Assembly (NCBI GenBank): GCA_964402035.1
Contig: CAYOAM010000003.1
Coordinates: forward strand, 7,921 to 71,920
Length of the DNA stretch: 64,000 nucleotides
DNA from: an uncultured Candidatus Saccharibacteria bacterium
Lineage (GTDB): Bacteria; Patescibacteriota; Minisyncoccia; Phycocordibacterales; UBA918
Direction of reading: 5' to 3'
Part shown: one piece after another, positions 48,412-57,250 of the stretch
Layout: the number at the start of each line of letters is the position of its first letter
How positions within the stretch are numbered: position 1 is the first letter of the stretch
Program-made: the position numbers and the translations under genes
The notes under the pieces: model-generated
The model's database searches: none
Seen by the model: only the letters and a program-made list of their open reading frames with translations
Told to the model about the DNA's origin: nothing

Positions 48412-48582
48412 ATGACCGATATAAAATCAAAGGACCTAGAAGCTGAAAAAGCCGACACCGTTGCAGAAAGTACTGAAGATGCCGCCGCAGATGTTCATCA
48501 AAAAGCAGCTGAGGCGCATGTTTCCGCTGCAGAAGAGCATGTCGAGATTGCAAAAGAGCATCATGAAAACAAGGTCGCGTAA
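48412..48582 (+). CDS. Small acidic His/Glu-rich protein (56 aa)
   Basis: ATG..TAA ORF below the track threshold. Sequence MTDIKSKDLEAEKADTVAESTEDAAADVHQKAAEAHVSAAEEHVEIAKEHHENKVA. A weak hairpin follows. The antisense 90-aa ORF is implausible. Confidence 0.4.
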   Translation: MTDIKSKDLEAEKADTVAESTEDAAADVHQKAAEAHVSAAEEHVEIAKEHHENKVA

Positions 48583-48772
48583 TCTACTCTGCGTCTAGAG
48601 CGCAGGGCGTTTTGCGCACACAGCAGAAAAAACGAGTGCCATATCTAGCGCATGAAGTGAAAACAAAAAGAAGCAATGCATTGCTTCTTTTTGTGTATGT
48701 TCGTGACTTCAATACAATCTTGCGTCTTTTATAAAAAAAGTGTGATTTGTCGCATCTACGTTCCGTGCCCCA

Positions 48773-49513
48773 TCATTCGAGACTCAATAGCGCCACCATT
48801 GATGCAACACCCACAACGATTGCAAGCACCTGGACAATACCCCGATCCGTACGATCCTTATGAAGCTCAGGTATTAAATCCGATAGTGCAATATAGATGA
48901 ACCCTCCTGCAGTAAGTGGTAGCAGCCACAGTGCAAACGTTTCTGTAATACCCCCGAATACGAGCGCCACGACAGCGCCGACTACGGCCGTGAGTGCAGA
49001 AAGAAAATTATACCAGAGCGCTTTTCCAGTCGTATATCCTGCATGGATGAGTACGCCAAAATTTCCAATCTCTTGCGGAATCTCATGGAGAATGACGGCA
49101 ATCGTGGTCGCAACGCCGACTTCAATTGATACCATATAACTTGCAGCTACCAACAGTCCATCGATAAAATTGTGGACGCCATCGCCAAACAGCACCATTT
49201 TTCCAACCGGGTGAGCATGTTCTTCTGCATGTTCCAGTGTGTGATGGTGCCAATGGAGGATTTTCTCAAGTATAAAAAAAATGAGTATACCCCCAATAAT
49301 GAGAAAAGAAATACTCGTCGGATTGCTTATGTTCTCATATGTTTCGGGAATGATGTGGATGAACACATCACCCAAGAGTGCTCCCACCGCGAGACTCACC
49401 AGAATAAAAATACTCTTATTGAGTAAATCTCTTTTGAGCACCAGCGCTAAGACACCAACAAACGATATGAGGCTAATTAATGCGACGCTTACGAGTGCAT
49501 ATGCGGTAATCAT
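48773..49513 (-). CDS. zupT: ZIP-family zinc transporter (ZupT-like)
   Basis: HEIPQEIGNFGVL motif and a His-rich loop (HWHHHTLEHAEEHAHP). Confidence 0.85.
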   Translation of the reverse strand: MITAYALVSVALISLISFVGVLALVLKRDLLNKSIFILVSLAVGALLGDVFIHIIPETYENISNPTSISFLIIGGILIFFILEKILHWHHHTLEHAEEHAHPVGKMVLFGDGVHNFIDGLLVAASYMVSIEVGVATTIAVILHEIPQEIGNFGVLIHAGYTTGKALWYNFLSALTAVVGAVVALVFGGITETFALWLLPLTAGGFIYIALSDLIPELHKDRTDRGIVQVLAIVVGVASMVALLSLE

Positions 49514-49526
49514 AAAATGTTGTTAC

Positions 49527-49964
49527 TTACTTTGTGCACGCAGAACAGTGTCCAAAAAATTCAAGATTATGTGAGTAAATACTTTTAAAGTGTTTTGACT
49601 CAAGCGCCAATTTATTTTCCAAGCCACCGAGCGCACAATATGCGAGCTCCTCTACTTTCCCACAATCACTGCAAACTATATGGTGGTGATGCGGTCGGCT
49701 GGGTGTGTATTCAAAATGTGCGATGCCAGTATTTAGGTCCATGCGACGTACAATACCTGCCGCACTAAGATCGGTGAGCGATCGGTACAAGGTGGTGATA
49801 TCAGGCGCATCGCCGTTCCACAACTCTTCTATCTTTTGTATCGACAATGGTGTCCCAGCCTTCTCGAGCAGCAGCAAGAGCTGTATACGAGTCGTTGTAG
49901 CGCGAAAACCCGCATCACGTAACACGTGCGCCGCCTCTTCCATAATCTCCGTCTGTTTCTTCAT
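49527..49964 (-). CDS. zur: Fur-family metalloregulator (Zur-like by context)
   Basis: Winged-helix N-terminus, HHHHIVCSDCGKVEE…C metal sites. Adjacent to and upstream of zupT. Confidence 0.8.
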   Translation of the reverse strand: MKKQTEIMEEAAHVLRDAGFRATTTRIQLLLLLEKAGTPLSIQKIEELWNGDAPDITTLYRSLTDLSAAGIVRRMDLNTGIAHFEYTPSRPHHHHIVCSDCGKVEELAYCALGGLENKLALESKHFKSIYSHNLEFFGHCSACTK

Positions 49965-50037
49965 ACGGTGAGTATATATTAATGCAAATTATTTGCAATA
50001 GCAGCGAATGCCCTAACAAGGTATACTGTACCGACTT

Positions 50038-51210
50038 ATGTTGCTTAAACAAACACTCCTTGCCTTTGTATGCCTTACGGTATTCGCTAGTGCTGGCTTT
50101 GCCTCTGCTCAAGCTCAAATAGTTCCCGACCAGGTTACCTTGATGAAGGGTCGAGTACTTTCTATCGAAAAAGAGGAGGTTCGAGAAATACCCGAAACGG
50201 ACACCAAAACCTCATACCAAACCATCACCGTCGAAATACTGGACGGTGTTGAGAAAGGCAAACGCGTCACGATTGAAAACGACTACCTAAACCTCAAAAA
50301 AGGTGAAGTATTTTATCTCATGCACACGATTGGTGCGTTTGACGGTATGGACTACTACAGTGTCAATGATCCGTATCGACTCCCCCACGTACTGGTCCTC
50401 GTTGGTCTGTTTGTAGTTGCCGTATTTATTTTTGGAGGAAAACAGGGTGTCCGAGGGCTCGCAAGTCTCATCGGGAGCTTTGTACTTATTTTCTTTTTGC
50501 TCTTGCCGGGTATTTTGCAGGGATACTCACCACTGCTCGTCACCATCGGCGTTGCCTCACTTATCATTGTCCTTGGTTCATATATCACGCACGGCTTCAA
50601 TCGGACTACGTCTGCTGCAGTACTCGGCATGATACTCACCGTCGGGATCACTGGTCTCCTCGCATACTGGTCGGTACACTTCACACGTCTCAGTGGCTTT
50701 GGCTCAGAAGAAGCGGTCTATCTCAACTTCAACACCCGTGGCTCTATCGATATCGTAGGTCTGCTTTTAGGCGGCATTATCATCGGACTCCTGGGGGTAC
50801 TGTATGATGCAGCCATCGGACAAGCGGTCTCCGTCGAAGAACTTACTCGTATTGCCCCGCACGTACCAAAAAAGACTATCTACCAGCGAGCGCTCCGTAT
50901 TGGACGTGAACATATTGGCGCACTCGTAAATACATTGGCGATAGCGTACGTCGGTGCGTCTCTACCGCTTCTCCTTCTCTTCTACCAAACATCACAGACG
51001 AGCATCGCGCACATAGCTAACACTGAAATTTTTTCGACCGAGATCGTACGCATTATGATCGGTAGTATTGGCCTCGTGCTTGCTGTCCCAATCACAACAC
51101 TCGTATCGGTACTTATGCTTGTAAAAAAGCCAACGCCTGGTGTAGACGACCAAACGCTTAGAAAAGAGAGCACGGCGCTCGAGTACGCAACACACTCACA
51201 CAAACACTGA
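50038..51210 (+). CDS. YibE/F family membrane protein
   Basis: Signal peptide plus extracytoplasmic domain, then about 7 TM with YibE/F-like glycine-rich helices. Confidence 0.7.
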   Translation: MLLKQTLLAFVCLTVFASAGFASAQAQIVPDQVTLMKGRVLSIEKEEVREIPETDTKTSYQTITVEILDGVEKGKRVTIENDYLNLKKGEVFYLMHTIGAFDGMDYYSVNDPYRLPHVLVLVGLFVVAVFIFGGKQGVRGLASLIGSFVLIFFLLLPGILQGYSPLLVTIGVASLIIVLGSYITHGFNRTTSAAVLGMILTVGITGLLAYWSVHFTRLSGFGSEEAVYLNFNTRGSIDIVGLLLGGIIIGLLGVLYDAAIGQAVSVEELTRIAPHVPKKTIYQRALRIGREHIGALVNTLAIAYVGASLPLLLLFYQTSQTSIAHIANTEIFSTEIVRIMIGSIGLVLAVPITTLVSVLMLVKKPTPGVDDQTLRKESTALEYATHSHKH

Positions 51211-51457
51211 AGATAGTTACCGTATGCACCAGATACACACCGTCTCGATTGCACTGATCCCTTCACAACGTATGGTGGCCATACCCACAGTTTTCCGTCT
51301 TTAACCCTGACCGCTGACGCGGAGAGCGTACATATCAAACCCTACGAACAAATGACGGTGGCACGGCAGCATAACGGTTTATTCATACACAGAGATCCGT
51401 CGAGAAGTCTCTTTCATTACAGGAGCAGTATTGACCCTTTTTTGTCACATGCTTTGC

Positions 51458-52102
51458 TTATGGATAATTTCTTCCATCACCGGTGATCGGTATCGCATCA
51501 CCTAAAAATTTCGGAGTCCTCTGCAATAGTAGATCGAGCACTGCTTTTACATTGGCTAAAAGTTCGCGGAAATAATTTCTTAACCGTAAATTCGGTATAT
51601 CAGCCCGAACCCCGTATGCCTCGATACCAAGTTGTCGCGCAATAAAAACAGCGCGCGGCAAATGAAACGACTGCGTGGAAACAATGATCGATGTGACTCC
51701 AAAGATGTCACGGGCTCGATACATAGAACTGTACGTATCAAAACCTGCGTGGTCGAGGAAAATATCCTGATCCAAAATTCCTTGGTTTATAAGATATACG
51801 CGTGCAGGATTAACTTCATCGTGGCTCAAAGTACTGTTGTCACCCGAAACAAGAATTTTTGATATTTTCTTTGCCTTATATAATTCGATCGCAACCTGTA
51901 CTCGTGCGGTGAATACTGAAGAGAGCCCGCCATCGTCCGTGAGAGCCGCCCCCGGTACGAGTCCCACCTCGACGATTGGTACATCATCAACGGTATCGTA
52001 TAGGTACATCCTTGAGGCAAAAAATATAGTGGCATACACCGAAAAAATAAGAACCAGCACCGATACTATCCCACAGAGCATCAAACGAAACAGTCGCCGC
52101 AT
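51458..52102 (-). CDS. ElyC/SanA/YdcF (DUF218) family protein
   Basis: …ILVSGDNSTLSHDEVNPARVYLINQGI…SSMYRARDIFGVTSIIVSTQSFHLPRAVFIARQLGIEAYG…. The start was taken at the internal Met before the TM. Confidence 0.75.
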   Translation of the reverse strand: MRRLFRLMLCGIVSVLVLIFSVYATIFFASRMYLYDTVDDVPIVEVGLVPGAALTDDGGLSSVFTARVQVAIELYKAKKISKILVSGDNSTLSHDEVNPARVYLINQGILDQDIFLDHAGFDTYSSMYRARDIFGVTSIIVSTQSFHLPRAVFIARQLGIEAYGVRADIPNLRLRNYFRELLANVKAVLDLLLQRTPKFLGDAIPITGDGRNYP

Positions 52103-52259
52103 ATGCTGAGTATACACGTAGATACGAGACCACAACGGGCATACACTCGGGAAGACAGTTCCCCAACTCCGAACGCGGCGGATCACACTAATACTGGCTG
52201 TGAAACAGCAAGTTGGTGACCTACGTATACACTCATACTGCATGGTAAAATCAAACGTA

Positions 52260-52610
52260 ATGGAAAAGCATCGTATCTATACCATGAGCGTCGCACGTGT
52301 GTACCCTTTATATATAGCAAAAGCGGAGAAAAAAGGGCGCACAAAAAAAGAAGTTGACGAAATAATACATTGGCTCACGGGCTACAGCCAGAAAGCTTTG
52401 GAGACGCGACTCAAAAAGAACACAGACTTTGAGACATTCTTTGCAAAAGCTCCGAAACCTAACCCTAAACGCACGCTGATCACAGGAGTAATCTGCGGAG
52501 TCAGAATCGAAGAGATCAAAGAGCCAACCATGCGGGAGATTCGCTATTTAGATAAGTTGATCGACGAGCTTGCAAAAGGAAAAGTGATGGAGAAAATCTT
52601 GCGGAAATAA
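52260..52610 (+). CDS. DUF2200-like small protein
   Basis: Trimmed to MEKHRIY. Family resemblance recalled from memory. Confidence 0.45.
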   Translation: MEKHRIYTMSVARVYPLYIAKAEKKGRTKKEVDEIIHWLTGYSQKALETRLKKNTDFETFFAKAPKPNPKRTLITGVICGVRIEEIKEPTMREIRYLDKLIDELAKGKVMEKILRK

Positions 52611-52642
52611 CAAATACACTGTCTCGGACAGGATCTAAAGCG

Positions 52643-52825
52643 CTAACCGGCAAACGAACTGAGAACAAGACCAATATCGTATGGCCACAAAACAAGGGCA
52701 AGTGCACCCTGCCAAAATGGCAGATGCAAAAAACCAATGGTGAAGAGCCAGCCAATAATCCAGATGCCTCCGGTAACACTATGCTGTTCGATGCGAATTT
52801 TCTCACTCATATTTTTTTGTTTCAC
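52643..52825 (-). CDS. Small 2-TM membrane protein
   Basis: Hydrophobic profile. Its stop overlaps the start of the downstream PspC gene. Confidence 0.35.
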   Translation of the reverse strand: MKQKNMSEKIRIEQHSVTGGIWIIGWLFTIGFLHLPFWQGALALVLWPYDIGLVLSSFAG

Positions 52826-53039
52826 TCGTACTTAATGGCATCGTCGTCGTCTTGGGAATAATATAGATGGCAATGATGTAGGTCAGTAGTCCCGGCACAA
52901 TGCCGGTAAACACTACAACAAGTAGCCATACCAAACGTATAAGTACAGGATCAATTTCAAAGTATTCTCCCAAGCCACCACAAATACCGGCAAACACCTT
53001 ATTTGTCTCACTTCGGTACAATCGCTTATTTCTTTCCAT
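52803..53039 (-). CDS. PspC-domain protein
   Basis: LYRSETNKVFAGICGGLGEYFEIDPVLIRLVWLLV is the PspC motif. Confidence 0.7.
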   Translation of the reverse strand: MERNKRLYRSETNKVFAGICGGLGEYFEIDPVLIRLVWLLVVVFTGIVPGLLTYIIAIYIIPKTTTMPLSTSETKKYE

Positions 53040-53106
53040 AGTATGGAGCCGTGCATAACACACATGCGTTACCATGCGCATTTTGACTGTCTACTGTGAC
53101 TCAGAA

Positions 53107-53295
53107 TTATGTGGCGCGCAACCAGATCACGCCAAGATATACGCTCATGAGCAACCCAACCACGAGCAAGATAGTTGCGTAGCGAGCAAATACTTCTGGC
53201 CATGTAGCGCCGATTGCAATACCAATAAACAGGACTGCCCACTTGAGCAAACCGAGTTGCCACCAGGTAAACTGCGTTGATTTAAAAATATTCAT
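53107..53295 (-). CDS. Small 2-TM membrane protein
   Basis: Hydrophobic profile only. Confidence 0.35.
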   Translation of the reverse strand: MNIFKSTQFTWWQLGLLKWAVLFIGIAIGATWPEVFARYATILLVVGLLMSVYLGVIWLRAT

Positions 53296-53382
53296 ACTGT
53301 AAGGATACCATTAGCCAGCCTTACTGAATGAGCACGTTTTAGGGTTTAGATATACAGTCTCTGCTTCTCTTTTGAAGACTCC

Positions 53383-53721
53383 TTAATCGATATTTTTATT
53401 CACTGACATGACTTCGATCGAGCCGCCGGGGATTCCAAAATGTGGATGATTTTCAAACATCGCTGCTGCTGCTTCAAGCGACTCTGCTTCTACAAACGAG
53501 TACATCATGAGATCATTGCGCGCATCCTCTACCCCACCAGCAGTAACACGTTTAGGTTTTCCAACTCCGGCTGTTTCGAGCATGGCTGACTTGTGACTTT
53601 GAAGCCAGGCATTCCACTCTGACTGCATTTGTGTTTCTTGCGCCTTTCGTTCCGCTTCGGGCAATTGCATCCACGCGTCGAGGCCTGTGTGAGGCATTTG
53701 ATATGTGACAAGATATTTCAT
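53383..53721 (-). CDS. Hypothetical small protein (YciI/Dabb-like alpha+beta?)
   Basis: No secure motif. Confidence 0.4.
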   Translation of the reverse strand: MKYLVTYQMPHTGLDAWMQLPEAERKAQETQMQSEWNAWLQSHKSAMLETAGVGKPKRVTAGGVEDARNDLMMYSFVEAESLEAAAAMFENHPHFGIPGGSIEVMSVNKNID

Positions 53722-53891
53722 AGCTTTTTAGTATACTCCAAATGTACTTACTCGACCATGTGCCGCGCGCAACGACGACGATTGCGCTAGGGGACCTCCA
53801 TCTCATGGTGAAATGATGCTTCGCTCCGTAGACGATAGAACTTTTTTTGGTCCACAGTATACTAGAATATGTCTATTCGATAAATAATATT

Positions 53892-54260
53892 ATGGCTATA
53901 TTTACGACCATCCTTCAGGTCCTTTTGTCTCTTTGGCTCATCATAGGCGGAGCGTACATGATGAGCAACTATGCTGGACTCGCAAGCACGTGGGCTCTTA
54001 CCACTCTTCCAAGCATATTTTGGATTATGCTTGCGCTACTACAGATACTGGCGGCTCTTGTATCACTTGCGGCAACAAAAATCGATTCAGTACGCAAATA
54101 CGCACCCCTCTCCGCCACTATCCTTGCGATCATTTCTCTTGCAGGAGTAGTCCTATACAGCGCTTACGCTGGTTTCCCCGGCATGCTCTGGGCACTCATC
54201 CCAGCAGGACTCCTAGCTTTTGTAGCCTATAGGAAGAAAATGGAAACTACTCACATATGA
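53892..54260 (+). CDS. 4-TM membrane protein
   Basis: Trimmed to MAIFTTILQ. Hydrophobic profile. Confidence 0.45.
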   Translation: MAIFTTILQVLLSLWLIIGGAYMMSNYAGLASTWALTTLPSIFWIMLALLQILAALVSLAATKIDSVRKYAPLSATILAIISLAGVVLYSAYAGFPGMLWALIPAGLLAFVAYRKKMETTHI

Positions 54261-54320
54261 GGGAAATGGTGACCGCCACCATTTCCCTCAAATCCACAGC
54301 ACACCAATCGTGATCAATAC

Positions 54321-54986
54321 TTACTTTAATGTTATTGAATACCAAATTTTTACCTGCCCAAGAGATCCGCGATACACATCCACAAACAAATGCTCATCTT
54401 CTGTGCGGGTTTTCCAGCCAACCCAATGTTCCCCTGCGCCTCTACCGTCTGTGTCAGTCCACACTATCGAGCTCTCATTGGTATCTTTTTTTACTACAAA
54501 AATATCACCAAACGATCTCCACGACCGCAATGGATTATTCAACAAACCAGGATCATATCGAGTAGACAGTCTACCAAAAAGATACAATGTCTCGGTGGGC
54601 GAAATTTCAATAGTATCTATAAGGCCTCCTTCCATTTGATACCCCCCGCCGGTGCGAATGCCAAATGACGTAACCGATAAATCAGAAGTAACAATATCAT
54701 TAGATCCAGTTATGAGCACTACTTCCGGAGTATCAGGGTTATCTTCATGAATGCTGTTATTGCCAACCCACTCTAACATTTGTCTTTCCCACTGCTTATC
54801 AAGTCTCAAAAAAATAACATGGGATCTATATTCGACACATGCTAAATTTACAAAATATACTAAGATTACAAGGACTAACACCTCCAACAAAGGGCGAGGT
54901 ACTCGCAAACGATTGGACCTTGTACGATTTGTTTCAACCCGGGTGGGATCATTATCTTTCACACATCTTAGTGTAACATCTCCCAT
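54321..54986 (-). CDS. Hypothetical membrane-anchored or secreted protein
   Basis: The start is uncertain. No recognisable domain. Confidence 0.4.
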   Translation of the reverse strand: MGDVTLRCVKDNDPTRVETNRTRSNRLRVPRPLLEVLVLVILVYFVNLACVEYRSHVIFLRLDKQWERQMLEWVGNNSIHEDNPDTPEVVLITGSNDIVTSDLSVTSFGIRTGGGYQMEGGLIDTIEISPTETLYLFGRLSTRYDPGLLNNPLRSWRSFGDIFVVKKDTNESSIVWTDTDGRGAGEHWVGWKTRTEDEHLFVDVYRGSLGQVKIWYSITLK

Positions 54987-55037
54987 AAAAAGTATGCCGT
55001 GACCGTCTGGTAGGAGGAGGGACCTATTCTCAAGAAG

Positions 55038-55409
55038 CTATTGAGGGAAATGCTGGTAGTCATGATTTTTCCATTTTAATCTACCCAGGAGATAATGAAT
55101 ACTTACCGCAAGAATAGTCCAGTAGAAAATGAGGTAAATGCCAATAAATGGAGGCGGTGGATCTTCTTTCAAAAAATTGATCTGAGGTAGAGCCAAAGGT
55201 CCTATCAAAAAAATTTTGATAGGCAATATAATTGTGGATACGGTACGCTTCCAGGCGATTGGCGAGTCGCTACCGGTCCAAAGGACAAAGTCGGGAGGCT
55301 TCGGAAAGCCTCGAGGACCTGTTGATCCCAAAAATGAGGTAGTGCTAAAAAGAAAAGCAAACCCAAAAATAATAAAGAGAATGACGAATTTTTTTCTTGA
55401 AACAACCAT
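55038..55409 (-). CDS. Membrane protein, hypothetical
   Basis: Hydrophobic helices only. Confidence 0.4.
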   Translation of the reverse strand: MVVSRKKFVILFIIFGFAFLFSTTSFLGSTGPRGFPKPPDFVLWTGSDSPIAWKRTVSTIILPIKIFLIGPLALPQINFLKEDPPPPFIGIYLIFYWTILAVSIHYLLGRLKWKNHDYQHFPQ

Positions 55410-55474
55410 ATAAAGGTATAACGAGGGTACCTAAAGAGAGGATGCGGGCAAAATTGTGGATTTGGCGTCGAACG

Positions 55475-56032
55475 CTAACTCACCACTGCGTACCGAAGCA
55501 CGACCCCGCCATTTTGAAGTGGTCTCGCCTCAAGCAATTTCAGATTTCGCAACCTGGTTGTATCGGTAAACAAATGTCGTCCATACCCTAGGATGGTTGG
55601 TGCAACACATACACGAATTTCATCAAATAACCCTGCATTCATCAGTGACTCCGAAAGTATGGCACTACCAAACACAAACATGGGTCCACCCTCCCCCTCT
55701 TTCAAACGCTTAATTTCACCGACTGCATCACGGACAATAGTCGTATTATTCCATTCCGCTTTATCTAGTGTTTCTGAACAAACAACTTTCGCAATGCTGT
55801 TCATATAGGGCGCCACTGTTGGATCGGTCGCATCCGCTTTTGACCAATACTCCGCCATGCCTTTGTATGTATTCTCGCCAAAGACAAGCATGCTCGCCTC
55901 ACCCAACTGCTCAAGACTCAGCGCTTCAAGTTCCGACCCCCATACGAGTTCATGAAAAGATAGATCCCACGGCTTTTCTCCCTCAAAACGGCCGTCGAGT
56001 GTCACCACATTCCACATGATAAGTTTCCTCAT
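55475..56032 (-). CDS. Dihydrofolate-reductase-like (RibD C-terminal domain) family protein
   Basis: MRKLIMWNVVTLDGRFEG…MFVFGSAILSESLMNAGLFDEIRVCVAPTILG. Confidence 0.75.
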   Translation of the reverse strand: MRKLIMWNVVTLDGRFEGEKPWDLSFHELVWGSELEALSLEQLGEASMLVFGENTYKGMAEYWSKADATDPTVAPYMNSIAKVVCSETLDKAEWNNTTIVRDAVGEIKRLKEGEGGPMFVFGSAILSESLMNAGLFDEIRVCVAPTILGYGRHLFTDTTRLRNLKLLEARPLQNGGVVLRYAVVS

Positions 56033-56075
56033 GTTGTCTATGTTAATTCTATTCTCGAGATTCTAGCGCACATGA

Positions 56076-56930
56076 TCAATGCGATCTCCTCAAATCGACG
56101 CTGTAGGTAGGATCGTATCGGTTGACAGTATCATTATCGATAAAATGCCTTTTCTTGACCTCATCAAACGAAAGATCAGATTGAATTAACTGCATCGTAT
56201 AGAGCACCTCGTCAAAGTATCCGGGGAGGACCGTCTTCCACGTGAGTGGAAAATCTACATCTGATATATCTTCGACACGTCGGGTGATTTCGTTCGTACA
56301 GTTGTGGAGCAGTGTGTTGTACATACGCGGCGTGTTGTAGAGATTGTTGACGTCATCAGCAACCGCCAAAAAAAGCTTCTGTGCTTTTTCGGGAGTTGCC
56401 TTGGTCGGGTAGAGGTAGACACGCTCACCTTCACGGACGTCGGTACGCACCCCGATAATATCCTGCTCAGAACCGACTACATACACAATCTCAAATTGTC
56501 GCAACATACCCAGGAATGGTGAGAATTTTTCGCCAATTTCGCGACGTGTTTCGACGGATACGATGACATGCTCACCATCCCGAAAGCCAAAGCTTAAAAA
56601 GATATGGGCTAGTCCTTCGAAATCAGCAAAGTGCGAGATAAGCACATCAACAGTTTCGAGCGTGTCGAGTGCATATGTGCGGGTTTCATATCGCGATGTT
56701 GTAGTACCTTCTTTCTGCCAATCAAAATTTCTAAAGTTTGTAATGGTGATGTGCCCATTCTGTTCAATGGCAATCTGTGGCAGTGCTTCTTGCCCCTGCT
56801 CCCAGGTACGTTCGTGTGAGGGACGAAACACTATCCATAGAATGAGATACAGTACGCAACATAAGAGAATGACATACAGCAGTCGCCGTTGCACCGTGGG
56901 AAATTGGGACAGGGACAATATTTTTGACAT
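56076..56930 (-). CDS. DUF4105-like membrane-anchored protein
   Basis: N-terminal TM. Family resemblance recalled from memory. Confidence 0.5.
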   Translation of the reverse strand: MSKILSLSQFPTVQRRLLYVILLCCVLYLILWIVFRPSHERTWEQGQEALPQIAIEQNGHITITNFRNFDWQKEGTTTSRYETRTYALDTLETVDVLISHFADFEGLAHIFLSFGFRDGEHVIVSVETRREIGEKFSPFLGMLRQFEIVYVVGSEQDIIGVRTDVREGERVYLYPTKATPEKAQKLFLAVADDVNNLYNTPRMYNTLLHNCTNEITRRVEDISDVDFPLTWKTVLPGYFDEVLYTMQLIQSDLSFDEVKKRHFIDNDTVNRYDPTYSVDLRRSH

Positions 56931-57108
56931 TTTTGTAGTCTAGTTTTTTGCTGCCGCTCAGGGACTCGATTCCATACAGAATCGGTACAGGTTGTCGATA
57001 TTTTAATGCACTTTGTTTTTAAAATATCTGGCAACCTTTTCGAGTCCGCACAACGCTCGCCATGGGCGAGCTGCGCCTGATCGGCAGCTTCCTCATTCCA
57101 TTCGTCAG

Positions 57109-57179
57109 CTGCCGATCAGGGACTCGAACCCCAATATTCACCTCCAGAGGGTGACGTCCTACCATTAGACGAATCGGCA
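57109..57179 (-). tRNA. tRNA-Gln (anticodon CUG)
   Basis: Manual fold of the reverse complement. The acceptor pairs UGCCGAU/AUCGGCA, with U1:A72 as in E. coli tRNA-Gln. D-arm GUCU-AAUGGUA-GGAC. Anticodon arm UCACC-CUCUGGA-GGUGA. T-arm GGGG-UUCGAGU-CCCU. Discriminator G. CCA is not encoded. Confidence 0.75.
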
Positions 57180-57250
57180 ATATATTTTTGTATGTAACAA
57201 AAAGGCGCTTTGAAGCGCATTTCCACTGTATCAAAATTTTTGCATCTTGA

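Noticed and set aside
48281-48553. 90-aa minus-strand ORF
   Set aside because: It is antisense to a more plausible 56-aa acidic protein ORF with a defined ATG. Its composition (Arg/His/Leu/Gln-rich) is typical of an antisense artefact.
51210-51458. 250-bp non-coding gap downstream of the YibE/F gene examined for tRNA or ncRNA
   Set aside because: No tRNA-like T-arm or stable conserved hairpins were seen. It probably holds only weak terminator/promoter signals.
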